In this document: one piece after another, positions 1-10,260 of the stretch | Layout: the number at the start of each line of letters is the position of its first letter | How positions within the stretch are numbered: position 1 is the stretch's first letter | Source of the DNA: an uncultured delta proteobacterium | GTDB taxonomy: Bacteria > Desulfobacterota > Binatia > UBA9968 | DNA: 64,000 bases | Reading direction: 5' to 3' | NCBI GenBank assembly: GCA_963745835.1 | Contig: CAVUZH010000003.1 | Coordinates: 416,001 to 480,000 of the forward strand | Program-made: the position numbers and the translations under genes | Notes under the pieces: model-generated | What the model was told of the DNA's origin: nothing | The model's input: only the letters and a program-made list of their open reading frames with translations | The model's database searches: none

Positions 1-1006
1 CCATGATCGGATAGCCGAATTCGGCGCGAACTCGAATTGATTCCTCGAGAGCTTCCGGGAAGCGATGTTCCAGTCCGACTTTGCGCAACTGATGACGCAG
101 GTTGGAAAGCATCCCTCCCGGCACCTGATGCTGGTACTGGGTATAGTCGTATTCCACCGGCGCGCCGATGGTGAAGCCTTCTCGTTTAGCAATGGCCGTG
201 AAATGTTTCGATACCGGTTTTAGAACTTCTTCGTCGATGGCTGTGACATAACCCAGCGCCCGGGCGTTCTTGGCGACGTTGAACAGCGAAGGATTCGAAG
301 AGTCGTCGGCCAGCGGCGGCAGCGCCGTGTTGATGGACCGGATACCAAGCTTCATACCTTCGATGCAGCACAGCGGCCCCAAACCGGTCGTGCAGTGCGT
401 GTGCAGCTCGATGGGAATGCCGTTAGCGTTCTTGAACAGGATCGGCACCAGCGTTTGCATGCGCTCCGGAGTCAACAGCCCGCCGGGATCTTTGAGACAC
501 AGGCGATATGGTTTAAGCGAAGCGGCTTGCCGCGTCCGCTCGGCGAAATATTCATCGCTGTGCTTGGGCGAAACCGAATAGATCAGGTTTAAAATAGTCT
601 TCATGCCCACTGCATGGCACACGCCCACTCTGAACTTCCAGCCTTCGTAGTCGTTCCATTCATCCGAAATACGCGCTTCGCGAATGCCGTTGGCAAACAT
701 CCGCTCGATGAACAGCCAGTACATCGAAGGCGGGTTGTATTCAAAGGTGTTGACCCGACCGGCGATGACCCGCAGTGGGGTTTGGGTGATCTCTTTGGCC
801 ATCAGTCTGACCCGTTCCCAGGGATCTTCCTTGAGTTCGCGCACGGTCTTCTTAAGGTGCGAGCCGGAGATCAGCTCGATCCCTTCGAATCCGGCGCGGT
901 CCAAATTCTTGGCAATCGGCAGCATCATGCCCGTGGTCATATTTTCCGCCCACAAGCTCTGATGGCCGTCGCGAATCGTGGTGTCGACAAAGTGAATCGT
1001 GTCCAT
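1..1006 (-). CDS. Pyruvate carboxylase subunit B / oxaloacetate decarboxylase alpha-like carboxyltransferase (HMGL-like TIM barrel); 3' end outside window
   Basis: Manual minus-strand translation from ATG at 1006: MDTIHFVDTTIRDGHQSLWAENMTTGMML..., with the DTTxRDGxQSL motif and a later HTH metal motif. AGGAGG RBS at 1011-1016. Not in the ORF track because it runs off the edge. Confidence 0.85.
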   Translation of the reverse strand, partial: MDTIHFVDTTIRDGHQSLWAENMTTGMMLPIAKNLDRAGFEGIELISGSHLKKTVRELKEDPWERVRLMAKEITQTPLRVIAGRVNTFEYNPPSMYWLFIERMFANGIREARISDEWNDYEGWKFRVGVCHAVGMKTILNLIYSVSPKHSDEYFAERTRQAASLKPYRLCLKDPGGLLTPERMQTLVPILFKNANGIPIELHTHCTTGLGPLCCIEGMKLGIRSINTALPPLADDSSNPSLFNVAKNARALGYVTAIDEEVLKPVSKHFTAIAKREGFTIGAPVEYDYTQYQHQVPGGMLSNLRHQLRKVGLEHRFPEALEESIRVRAEFGYPIM

Positions 1007-1161
1007 GAAGCCTCCTACTCAATGTGCAGGATCATATTGACTAGCAGCCGGAATTTCAACGAAGCCCAAGCTGCTCAGACAGCGAACACTAAAAAGGCGA
1101 ATCGTCGAGGAGTTCGGAACGAACCCTCTGATTGAAGTTAACTTATGTGGAACTGTTGAGT

Positions 1162-2325
1162 TTAGCGGCGCTGCTTGCGTTCTTGGATGATTTCAACCAG
1201 GCCTATGGCCGCCGGCAACAGCAGCACGGCTATGCTTAAGCCCACGACACCGCCCCAGCCGAATCTATTGTAGGCGGAGCCGCAACTCGTAATTCCTACG
1301 GCGCCGCCAGTGTAATATGCCAGAACGTAGAGCGAGTTGGCACGGCCGCGGCTAGTGATCAATCTTCGGTTGAGCAAGCCCACGGCGGCGGAGTGGACGG
1401 AGAAAAAGCCGGCACAGAGAGCAACCAGGCTCATCGCAATCACCACGAGAGACTGGATCAACGTGGCCGCCACGGCGGTAATCAATACGAGAGATCCAGT
1501 GATCATGGTCGCGCCGCTGCCAAGCCGGTTGCTGATCCGGCCCGATAAAGGGCCCATAACGAGGCCGACCAAATACGCCAAATAAACAAGAGTGATGACT
1601 TCAGTATGCGCGGAGAACGGCGGACTCGACAGATAAAAGGGCAGGTAATTGAAAGTCGAGGAGAAGACAAAAAAAGCCCCGAAGGCAACGACGAGCATAC
1701 GGAAGAGACCGGGCTGCACAAACAACTCGCCGAAGCCGATCTGCTGCGCTCCGTGCAAATCGGGTTTTTCTTCGGGCAGCCAAATCAATGCGGCAATCGA
1801 AGCCGGGATCAACAGTGCGGCGGCGCTGACAAACGCGTAACGCCAGTGTAGTGGTGGATGGATCCAGCCGCCGAGCAACCGACCGCCCAATCCGCCCGCC
1901 ACGGTGGCGGCGACGTAAGATCCCATCGCGACATTAAGCCGCGCAATCGGCAGACTGCGCGCGAGATAGGCGGCGATGCACGTGGTCAGGGAAGGAATAA
2001 ACAGGCCTTGCACGAATCGCGCTAGAATCAGCCCTACAATGCTATCCGTAACCGCGCAGAAGAGATTGGCGGCGCTCACGACCGTTCCGCCGGCGAGGAT
2101 AATCGGTTTGATCGGCCAGCGATCAGAGAGCATGCCGAACGGAAGATTCGCCACCGCGATCCCCAAGATGACCATCGATACGGTCAAAGATGCCGTTTCA
2201 GCGTCTATCGAAAATTCATCTCGGATGACCGGTAGTACAGGTTGTGTGATGTAGATTGTCGTAAAGCCCGCGGCGACGACTGAGAAGATCAGAGCTTGAA
2301 TAGCAGGATCGCTGGAAGGTTTCAT
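1162..2325 (-). CDS. MFS transporter (YnfM-like)
   Basis: 387 aa with ~12 hydrophobic segments; GxLSDRW motif-A-like loop; YxTQPxLP N-terminal signature. Confidence 0.85.
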   Translation of the reverse strand: MKPSSDPAIQALIFSVVAAGFTTIYITQPVLPVIRDEFSIDAETASLTVSMVILGIAVANLPFGMLSDRWPIKPIILAGGTVVSAANLFCAVTDSIVGLILARFVQGLFIPSLTTCIAAYLARSLPIARLNVAMGSYVAATVAGGLGGRLLGGWIHPPLHWRYAFVSAAALLIPASIAALIWLPEEKPDLHGAQQIGFGELFVQPGLFRMLVVAFGAFFVFSSTFNYLPFYLSSPPFSAHTEVITLVYLAYLVGLVMGPLSGRISNRLGSGATMITGSLVLITAVAATLIQSLVVIAMSLVALCAGFFSVHSAAVGLLNRRLITSRGRANSLYVLAYYTGGAVGITSCGSAYNRFGWGGVVGLSIAVLLLPAAIGLVEIIQERKQRR

Positions 2326-2513
2326 TGCCGTCCGTCACCGGGCCAGTGAGAGACACCGTTTATCGATCCGACCGGCCGACGCATCGCACCATTTAATTAA
2401 ACCGCGTCAGGCAAGATCACTCAAAATCAGCGGCACGATCGTCGTCGGCAAAGGTAAACGGCGCGCGAGGCAATTAGTTATTCGATTGACAAGTTCGCCA
2501 GCTTCGCCGACGG

Positions 2514-2861
2514 CTAACCTTCCTTCTCATCGCGAGCGTGAACGAAACCCGGTGGATGCGTCGCTTCGACAGCGGTGAACGTCTCGAGAATGCGATAGCT
2601 ATGGCTGGCGCCGCGCGGAACCACCCATGAGTCTCCGGGCTCCAGCAGCACAAGCTGTGGGCCCAGATGCAGCTCGGCCCGTCCTTTGATGACATAGCCG
2701 ACCGTTTCATAGTCGCGCTCGCTTGCCGGTTTCTCCTGAGCCGGTTGTTCGTCCTCCCACAAGCGCATCGCCATGCTTACGCCGGCAGCCAAATATTTCT
2801 GCCCCATCGAACCTTTGGGAGAAGATTTGGCGTTTACTTTTGTGATGCTTGTTTCAGCCAT
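2514..2861 (-). CDS. Cupin domain protein
   Basis: YETVGYVIKG...LEPGDSWVVPRGASHSY cupin motifs. Start moved to MAETSITK, which follows a GGAGGA RBS. Confidence 0.85.
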   Translation of the reverse strand: MAETSITKVNAKSSPKGSMGQKYLAAGVSMAMRLWEDEQPAQEKPASERDYETVGYVIKGRAELHLGPQLVLLEPGDSWVVPRGASHSYRILETFTAVEATHPPGFVHARDEKEG

Positions 2862-3093
2862 TGTCGTCCTCCGGATTGGCAGTTGTTTGCTATTTGAATT
2901 ATCGACAATCGTTATGGCGGAGTCCAGTATGGTCAGCCCCAAATTCTCACTGGGCTGCGCGCCATTGATGCTGATCGACCTGCTTCAAGGAATTGGCAGG
3001 TACTGTGTCGGTGACATCCGCCGCTGAATGCGCTTGACTGCAACCGAAGTCTCCGCGATAAGAACTGACAATGGAAGGAGATAGTGACCAGCG

Positions 3094-4194
3094 ATGATGA
3101 TCTTGAATAACGAAGAAGTGAGCGCGTTATTGTCAATGAAAAATTGCCTGCGGCACCTGGAAGCGGCGTATCGGGAGCTGGCCGAAGGAGCTGCCGTCAA
3201 TCGCCCGCGCAGCGATCTCTATCTGCCGGCGACCAGCAGCAGCGGGGTTTATTGTTTTAAAACCATGGAGGGGGCGCTGAGTCGGGAGAAGGTGGTGGCT
3301 TTGCGCCTTAACTCGGACGTCATCAAATGGGAGGAAAAAGGCGGTCGCATCATCAAAGACAAAGTACCGGCTGCGCCGGGCAACAAGTGGGTCGGTTTGG
3401 TTCTGCTATTTTCGGCGGAGACCGGAGAGCCTCTGGCAATTTTTCCCGACGGCATTATCCAAGGCATTCGAGTTGCGGCAAGCAGCGCTCTTGCTGCGCG
3501 TTTTCTAGCTCGGCCCGACGCCGCGATTCTCGGCATGCTTGGATCCGGCTGGCAGGCCCGGGCTCATGCGCAGGCGATGTGTGAAGTTCGCGGCATCAAG
3601 CAAATACTGGTTCACAGCCCGACCAAAGCTAACAGAGAGAACTTCGCCGCCGAAATCGAAAAACAACTTGGCGTTTCAGTGCACGCGGTTCCATCCGCCG
3701 AGGCAGTTGCCGATCGTGCCGACATCCTGGTGGCGGCGACCAACTCGGTTTCAAGAGTGGTTCCGCCCGAGTGGCTAAAACCTGGTATGCACATCACCTG
3801 TGTGAAAATTACCGAACTCGGCGAAGAAACGCTCGCTAAAGTCGACCGCCTCGTCATTCACACGCGAAAATGGGCGCCGGATAATTACATCACCGGTTTT
3901 AACGATGAGAAAGTCGAAGCGCATGACCCGATCGATCTTTTGATCGAGGGCGCGAAACGAACAGGCTTTACTCCAAAGCAACCGTTCTGGCTGGACGCGC
4001 CGGAGTTGAAGGATGTTGTCGCCGGCAAGCTCCCGGGCCGCCAATCGCCTGAAGAGGTCACCTGTTTCAATAACAATATCGGGCTCGGAATTCAGTTCGC
4101 GGCCCTGGGCAAGGCGGTTTTCGACGATGCCACAGCTAAAGGGCTAGGCAGAGAGATTCCAACCGATTGGTTTTTGGAGACGGTTCATCCGTGA
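3094..4194 (+). CDS. Ornithine cyclodeaminase / mu-crystallin family protein
   Basis: 366 aa; GSGWQA Rossmann motif, ADILVAAT, LKPGMHI and C-terminal GLGIQFAA. Confidence 0.85.
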   Translation: MMILNNEEVSALLSMKNCLRHLEAAYRELAEGAAVNRPRSDLYLPATSSSGVYCFKTMEGALSREKVVALRLNSDVIKWEEKGGRIIKDKVPAAPGNKWVGLVLLFSAETGEPLAIFPDGIIQGIRVAASSALAARFLARPDAAILGMLGSGWQARAHAQAMCEVRGIKQILVHSPTKANRENFAAEIEKQLGVSVHAVPSAEAVADRADILVAATNSVSRVVPPEWLKPGMHITCVKITELGEETLAKVDRLVIHTRKWAPDNYITGFNDEKVEAHDPIDLLIEGAKRTGFTPKQPFWLDAPELKDVVAGKLPGRQSPEEVTCFNNNIGLGIQFAALGKAVFDDATAKGLGREIPTDWFLETVHP

Positions 4195-4211
4195 TTTTAA
4201 ACGCGATGAAG

Positions 4212-4264
4212 CGACCGAAGACGGGCGACCGAAAAACCGGTCTGCAGTCTTCCGTCTCCGGTCG
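4212..4264. terminator. Imperfect inverted repeat between convergent genes (putative bidirectional terminator or REP-like hairpin)
   Basis: Arm CGACCGAAGACGGGCGAC pairs imperfectly with GTCTTCCGTCTCCGGTCG; lies between stops at 4194 (+) and 4303 (-). Confidence 0.45.
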
Positions 4265-4302
4265 TGCATGCGTTTTACCGCAGAGTCGTAGACGCCGCCA
4301 TC

Positions 4303-5301
4303 CTACTTCTGCATGCCGATTTGCCGCAGGAATCCTTCGTCTTCAAGTGTCTTGACGATGCTGCTGTCGAGAAAATTATCCGGGTTGGCTTTTTTCGCTT
4401 CGGGGTTTTGGTTTAGCTTGAGTGTTTCCACGATGCCTTCGCGATTGGGGTAGGGCGGGCGCACTACATAATCGACGGCGTATTGGTAAGTCGCCTCAAT
4501 GATATCTTCGGCGGTATCGCGAGTGTATTTTTGGATGATCTTTTTCGCTGCGCTCTTGTCCTGAACGAATCGTTGCAGGCCGTCGGAATAACCACGAAAA
4601 AAATTAAGCGCCGTGTCGCGATTGCTTTTCAGATAAGCCCGTCTGGTGATGACCGCGGTGTGGGGAAAGTAGACTCCGGCCTTTGCCATATCGAGCAGGG
4701 GCTGGGCGCCGGCGGCGCGGGCGCGGATGTGAGTGGGCGCGGACAACGGCGCGGCGACGATTAGCCGTTTCGAAAGCGCCGCCGCAAGTTCGGGCATGCC
4801 GCCGAGTTGAAGGATGTTGAGATCTCTTTCCGGATTGAAGCCATTCTTTTGCACGAGATAGCGTAGGGCGAAATCCGTCGACGAACCGAACCGGGTAACG
4901 CCGACGGTTTTTCCCTTCAGGTCCGCGACGCTTTTAATCTCAGGAAGAGCCATCATGTAGAATGCCGGAACGTTGGCTACGCCGCCGATGAAGACCAAGT
5001 CGGCGCCGCTAAGAACCGCGCTGACCACTGGTGCGCCTCCCGAAAAGGCTATTTGGGAATCGCCGGTCAGAACTACCCTGGTAACCTGAAGCGCGGTTGG
5101 GATGTAGATCAATTCGACGTCCAGGCCGTACTTCGGAAAAATATTTTGCTCGGTGGCATACCAGAGCGGAGCGTTGATCCCGCTGATCGCCGGGTAGATC
5201 ACGTTCAATTTCGTTCGTGCCTGGCACCAAGCCGAGCTTGCCGTCAGGCACATTAGCAGTGTGGCGGTTAGGATAGAGGACTTCATCGCTCGAAAGACCA
5301 T
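4303..5301 (-). CDS. ABC transporter substrate-binding protein, NMT1/THI5/SsuA-like
   Basis: Signal peptide; F.KYGLDVEL and DLKGKTVGVTRFGSSTD motifs. Confidence 0.85.
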   Translation of the reverse strand: MVFRAMKSSILTATLLMCLTASSAWCQARTKLNVIYPAISGINAPLWYATEQNIFPKYGLDVELIYIPTALQVTRVVLTGDSQIAFSGGAPVVSAVLSGADLVFIGGVANVPAFYMMALPEIKSVADLKGKTVGVTRFGSSTDFALRYLVQKNGFNPERDLNILQLGGMPELAAALSKRLIVAAPLSAPTHIRARAAGAQPLLDMAKAGVYFPHTAVITRRAYLKSNRDTALNFFRGYSDGLQRFVQDKSAAKKIIQKYTRDTAEDIIEATYQYAVDYVVRPPYPNREGIVETLKLNQNPEAKKANPDNFLDSSIVKTLEDEGFLRQIGMQK

Positions 5302-5460
5302 GTGAAACCCCCAATCATTATTCAAGCATGTAGTGATGAGACAATTGCACATTATACGGTGAATGCATCGGAGAGCAGGGAAAGCGAAAGTAAACCGGGC
5401 CGCCGGCGACCCGGTTCGGAGATCCTGTGAGGAAAAGACCTCAACACTATCGGCGATAAG

Positions 5461-5784
5461 CTACTTGGTTTTGCTTGCCGCCTTCTTATCGTCACTCTTG
5501 CTCTTGGTGCCGCTCTTAGCATCGCCACCATCTTTGACATCGATGCTTGATGCGGTCATTTTGTAATGGACGGTTACCCTGGAACCTTTCTTGAGGTCGC
5601 CGCCTTTGATCTTGGTGCCCTTGTCTCGACCAATCTCCCATTTTTCATCACCCTTCTGAACCACGATAATGTCCTCCTTCACGTCGAGAACCGGTCCGGT
5701 AACTTGATAGTCTTTCGGTTCAGCGGCGATAGCTACCGTCGCCATAAATAAAGATGCAATCGCTAAACTTAGAAAACGCTTCAT
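5461..5784 (-). CDS. Small secreted protein (probable beta-barrel/OB-fold-like) with Lys-rich tail
   Basis: AAGGAGG RBS; signal peptide MKRFLSLAIASLFMATVAIA; YQVTGPVL...KGSRVTVHY core. Confidence 0.7.
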   Translation of the reverse strand: MKRFLSLAIASLFMATVAIAAEPKDYQVTGPVLDVKEDIIVVQKGDEKWEIGRDKGTKIKGGDLKKGSRVTVHYKMTASSIDVKDGGDAKSGTKSKSDDKKAASKTK

Positions 5785-6017
5785 CGTCAAATCCTCCTTG
5801 TTTGAGTTAACTGGCAATGGCGATACTCTATCCCATATTGCCGCATAGGTGACAACACTAATGCGAGTGCCTTCAACCGCTGAGTGAGGACCATGCTCGT
5901 TGCCGAGATCATTCTATAGCTAAGTCCGGCAAGAGGTGGAATAATGAACTCGTGGGAAACAGAATCTCTGATATCGGAAGGATGAAAAGTAACGTTGATG
6001 CGGGCAACAGGGCGAAC

Positions 6018-6296
6018 ATGTTCGGGACTAAAAAGACTGGGAAGTTAGGTACTGAAAAGAACCCCGCCACTGTTAACGTGCAATCCAAAGCCCGATTCGA
6101 AGAAGTGTCATCCATATTCAAAGCGCATGGTTGGAATTATCGGATTTCATTGGAACCGGAAGCAGCAGAGGACGTTAGTGATCTGAATCGATTGTTAAAT
6201 CCCATAAAGCCAATCAAAGCCGAGAAAAAAATCGGTCGTAATCAACCCTGCCAATGTGGCAGCGGGAAAAAGTTTAAAAACTGCTGTTCCGTGTAA
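6018..6296 (+). CDS. SEC-C motif metal-binding protein
   Basis: C-terminal [20 protein letters not shown] is a SEC-C motif. Start uncertain (5952, 5982 or 6018). Confidence 0.8.
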   Translation: MFGTKKTGKLGTEKNPATVNVQSKARFEEVSSIFKAHGWNYRISLEPEAAEDVSDLNRLLNPIKPIKAEKKIGRNQPCQCGSGKKFKNCCSV

Positions 6297-6386
6297 TGAG
6301 GCGGTGTAGGTGCTTGAGGCGGCATAAATCGATAGGCAAGGCATTGCTTCCGCTCAGCCTATCAAACCAGATAAGGAGTGCTTAAC

Positions 6387-6509
6387 ATGAGTAAAGGCAA
6401 TGACAGTAGAAAGCAGAATAAAAAGAAACCACTCAAGACCCTGATGGAGAAAAGGGCCGCGAAACGAGCCAAGAAAGAAAACAAAGGGTTTTCGCTTCCT
6501 ATTAAATAA
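6387..6509 (+). CDS. Small basic protein, 40 aa (MSKGNDSRKQNKKKPLKTLMEKRAAKRAKKENKGFSLPIK)
   Basis: TAAGGAG RBS at 6372-6378 followed by ATG at 6387; below the ORF-track cutoff. Confidence 0.6.
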   Translation: MSKGNDSRKQNKKKPLKTLMEKRAAKRAKKENKGFSLPIK

Positions 6510-6647
6510 TCCCCATTTCTACGAGAGGGCAGGTTTATCCTGCTCTCCTCTACGAACTGCCAGGTGTGAGTTTTCAGGCTGCGGCCGGCGCCGTTCTGGC
6601 CAGCCTGTGCCGGGATGTTTTTACAAATCTCCAATCAGATTTGGCTG

Positions 6648-6911
6648 CTACAATTTAACCTTCGGAGCGTCCAAATCTTTAGCCGCGCTGTGGGACTCAG
6701 ACTCTTTTGCGTCAATCCACGCTTTGCATAGCTTGAGCGCTTGCTCCTCGGCTTCTTTCTTACTCGTGAAATTTACGTCTGAAGGTTCGAGGCGTTTAAC
6801 TTCCAATGTACAATTCAGGTCCGGAGCAAATACCAGCCCTTTCGGACGCCACCGCCTTCCCGGCTGTGAAACTGCCATCCCGTAAATCGGATGTTGCTTG
6901 TACGGTCGCAT
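6648..6911 (-). CDS. Hypothetical protein
   Basis: AAGGAG RBS upstream of MRPYKQHPIYG; 87 aa ending in an amphipathic helix (FTSKKEAEEQALKLCKAWID). Confidence 0.6.
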   Translation of the reverse strand: MRPYKQHPIYGMAVSQPGRRWRPKGLVFAPDLNCTLEVKRLEPSDVNFTSKKEAEEQALKLCKAWIDAKESESHSAAKDLDAPKVKL

Positions 6912-7216
6912 TTTCGTATCTCCTTTTGTCCAGCGCATGATCGCGCTGTACCAAGCCACGACCTATAAATCATTTGGATTTCGAGACCGAGAGTCGCAGT
7001 CGATGGATCGTGGTGTGCTAAGAGGAGCCTGTCATGCCTTACGTCAGATAGCCAGCACCGGCATATCAATACGAACACGCCACCATGCGTATCGGTGCAC
7101 GGGAACCTATCGTCTTAGGAGTACACGGGCGAAGACGACCGCGATACTTTCCGCGAACGGCCGAGCAGCAAAATCGTTAACTGGAGTGTGAGGCCGGAGC
7201 ATTTGGTTTTCGTCTG

Positions 7217-7948
7217 CTATCGAAGTTTCTTCAGACGCAACTGCATCTCCTTGGCGGTGATCTGTTGACCGTACAAAGGCCCGCCTCGGGCAAACAACTT
7301 CGCGCTCTGAAGCGAGCCGATGATCACCGGATCAAAGCCTGCGTCTTGGATCAATTTCGATGCCATTGCCAGCGCTTCCTTATCATCCCCGGCAATAGGG
7401 ATGGCCATTCGTTCACCGGCACGGTGCGCGTTATTCGCGAGGACGAGGTAACTTAGCGTGTTGAACGCGCGGACAATACGTGCCTTAGGCAAATACTTTG
7501 CCGACGTGAGACCTATTCCAAGCTCCAGAGCTTCTTTTGAGATTTCGCCGTCGCGCGAAGGCACCGCGTTACCGGCATCGAGAACGATCTTACCGGCAAG
7601 CTCCTGGGCATAATCCTTGCCGATCTGCGGGTAAGCGCCGTAAGGTACCGCAAGCAAAGCGGCATCGCCGAAGGTCAGAGCATTACGGACAGTGCCGGCT
7701 TGCGCCGAGGATCCAAGACTGTCTACCAATTGTTTAAGATTCTCGGGATTGCGTGAAGAGAACAAAACCTGATGGCCTGCCTTTACCCACAATCTTCCTA
7801 CCGTGCTGCCGATGTTGCCGGAACCAATGACTCCGATCTTCGTGCCTGAAGATTTGCTTGCCTGAGCGAAGACATCCTTGGGTAAACTGCCGATTCCCAG
7901 CAGCACTGCCGTCACGGTGAGAATTCGGAGAAGACGATGACGAGCCAT
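7217..7948 (-). CDS. NADP oxidoreductase (F420-dependent NADP reductase-like) with predicted export signal
   Basis: KIGVIGSGNIG Rossmann motif, VRAFNT, IAGDD; N-terminal RHRLLR plus hydrophobic stretch ending VFA. Confidence 0.8.
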   Translation of the reverse strand: MARHRLLRILTVTAVLLGIGSLPKDVFAQASKSSGTKIGVIGSGNIGSTVGRLWVKAGHQVLFSSRNPENLKQLVDSLGSSAQAGTVRNALTFGDAALLAVPYGAYPQIGKDYAQELAGKIVLDAGNAVPSRDGEISKEALELGIGLTSAKYLPKARIVRAFNTLSYLVLANNAHRAGERMAIPIAGDDKEALAMASKLIQDAGFDPVIIGSLQSAKLFARGGPLYGQQITAKEMQLRLKKLR

Positions 7949-8281
7949 GTTCAAGCGCGTAGAACTGTCATACTTGTAAATCGTTTGATGGTCGTGTCCA
8001 CGCCTTAACCTAGGCTCTCGAATTCAGAATTGCAAATTTCCTTTTGCCAACCTCTCACGGCGTAGGGGTAGGATTCAACCGGAACTACGTCGTAGCACTC
8101 ACACGTTACCGAATTTTCTGTTTGTACAAGATTCGCAGTTCAGGAGTTGGTTTGTCGCAGGCCGATCGAAACCAGGTCGGTAAGGAGCGACTGAAAATAG
8201 TCGATGCTGACGGGGGCATGTCTTTGAAGCGCTAATGGCGATTTTTCACTATTATCTTGCATGACCAAAGATGTATGGTTT

Positions 8282-8704
8282 CTAGTTGGCGGGTTTAAAG
8301 CGCTCTGAAGGAATCACAGCCATACACTCGATTTCCACCATCAGATCCGGATGGGCGAGCCTCTTTACTCCGATCAGCGCGCTCGTAGGCAGGTCCTCTT
8401 TGAAATACTTATAACGCTCGTCTCGGCAGCGATGGTATTCATCCACATCTACGGTAAACGTCGTGGTCTTAACCACGTCAGAGTAATCGCCACCCACAGA
8501 ACGCAACGCACGCCCGATATTTTCGCACACCTGACGCAATTGGGCGCGCATATCACCGGGATGAACCGGGGCCGCGTCTTTTTCGCTGCGTGAAGTCATG
8601 CCCGCGACAAAAACGAGTGTCCCACCGGTTACCGCAACAACCTGCGAATGAGACTTGCGAACGGGTAAATCTGGCGGTTGTACAATGCGCTTTGGTTTTT
8701 CCAT
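8282..8704 (-). CDS. RidA/YjgF/YER057c/UK114 family protein
   Basis: SQVVAV..LVFVAG, DVVKTTTF, PTSALIGVKRLAHPDLMVEIE; AAGGAG RBS. Confidence 0.9.
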   Translation of the reverse strand: MEKPKRIVQPPDLPVRKSHSQVVAVTGGTLVFVAGMTSRSEKDAAPVHPGDMRAQLRQVCENIGRALRSVGGDYSDVVKTTTFTVDVDEYHRCRDERYKYFKEDLPTSALIGVKRLAHPDLMVEIECMAVIPSERFKPAN

Positions 8705-8894
8705 GGCTTCTCCTTTGGAACTCAACGGTCGTTATCAAACCGAACAACAAAACTGAGTGTGAGCATAGAGCATCCGTTTTATTGCAGAGTTTCTCTGCTC
8801 AAATAATCTGCTGCGTGGTTCGAGCCATCTCATTCCCTGTGCCAGAAGATTTGTTGGGATTGCTTATAGTTTGGGTTTAACGAGGATCGGTTGC

Positions 8895-9905
8895 CTATGG
8901 TGTTTTGCCAATACCTAAGTCTCGCTGTGCGTCCCTTAGAATCGAAAGGTCCATCACCGTCCCAGGCGCAATTTCCGTCGGGTGTTTTAGTTCCTCCTGG
9001 GTAGCCGCCAAGAGAGTCTTCAACCCATTTTCGCTCGGCGCTCCCTCACGACCGAAGATTTTAACTCCCAGCTCATAGGCCTCAGCTGCGCTGGCGCTCG
9101 TCATCTTGAATGTATCTATCAATAATGACTTGGCTCCTTCGCGATCGTCGTTGACAAAGCGGAGCGATCTTATTAGCGCTCGCAGTACGCGTCGTACCTC
9201 GTCGCGCTTTTCCTTTAGCCTTTTGTCTGTGGTTCCCAATCCCCCCATCGGCATATCGACGATATCTCCCGCGTAAACCAAAACGTTGAAGCCCAGCTCT
9301 TTGGATCGCACCGCGAAATCGGGCGGCAGCAGGGTGGCTTGAATAGCCTTTCCAGCCATCGCTGAAAATCGTATAGAGTCTTGGCCAAGGGCGCGGATAG
9401 CGACATCCTTTGAAGCATTAAGGCCATAGTATTCCAGTAGCTGCTTAGTGATGTAATATGCAGCGCCGCCAAAAGACGAGACGCCGACCGTGCGCCCCTG
9501 AAGGTCTTTGGGCTGCTTGATCTCGGGCAGAGTCACAAGATAGTAAATCGGCCTCGCCACGTAGTTGAAAACGCTTTTGACCCCGCCTCCTCGGACAGCG
9601 GTGGCAACGATCCGCGAATTGTGGGTGATGTAGTCTACGTCGCCCGACAGCAGTGCTGCCACGGCTGGCGCTCCTGCGATCTGAACGAGCTCCACATTAA
9701 GTCCCTCCGCATGGAAAAAGCCACGTTTGCTCGCGGCGAACAGTGGAAGCTCTTGAAAAGCGACTGATGGAAAACCAATCCTAATGCTCCGCTCTTGGGC
9801 GGCTACCGCTTCCGGGCAAGACCCGAGGACCAGAACCCACAATAGGAACAAGCTGATTGCACTTTTTATCATCCATCGTGTCCAAGATGCCGAAGTCAAC
9901 GCCAT
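8895..9905 (-). CDS. ABC transporter substrate-binding protein, NMT1/SsuA-like
   Basis: Signal peptide; GFFHAEGLNVELV and DLQGRTVGVSSFGG. Confidence 0.85.
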   Translation of the reverse strand: MALTSASWTRWMIKSAISLFLLWVLVLGSCPEAVAAQERSIRIGFPSVAFQELPLFAASKRGFFHAEGLNVELVQIAGAPAVAALLSGDVDYITHNSRIVATAVRGGGVKSVFNYVARPIYYLVTLPEIKQPKDLQGRTVGVSSFGGAAYYITKQLLEYYGLNASKDVAIRALGQDSIRFSAMAGKAIQATLLPPDFAVRSKELGFNVLVYAGDIVDMPMGGLGTTDKRLKEKRDEVRRVLRALIRSLRFVNDDREGAKSLLIDTFKMTSASAAEAYELGVKIFGREGAPSENGLKTLLAATQEELKHPTEIAPGTVMDLSILRDAQRDLGIGKTP

Positions 9906-10260
9906 AGTTAGTCCAGTCGACGGTCAGGATCAAGTGCTTCAAACGTGAGAAAGACGGTGCCGGGATATGGACCATCTTGGAATCTTTTTCTTACCCGCAA
10001 GGCAAGGTGCTTTGACATGTGAACAGGAATTGCTCAGGAGGAAGGGAGGACGAAGTCACACGTTATTGCTCACGCGGTGCGCTCAAACGCGGCAGCTCTG
10101 AAATCTCGGACCGAAGATGCCCGCCGGTTGCAACTTTAATGTGAAAGAGCGCACACGCCAGGGGAGTTTCCCGTGCATGTGGAAAAAGTCAGCAACGTTA
10201 TCTTTGCAGTAAGCGTAAGCGCAAATCTACGCGCTCCGCTCAGGCCGATTCGGTGACCGC

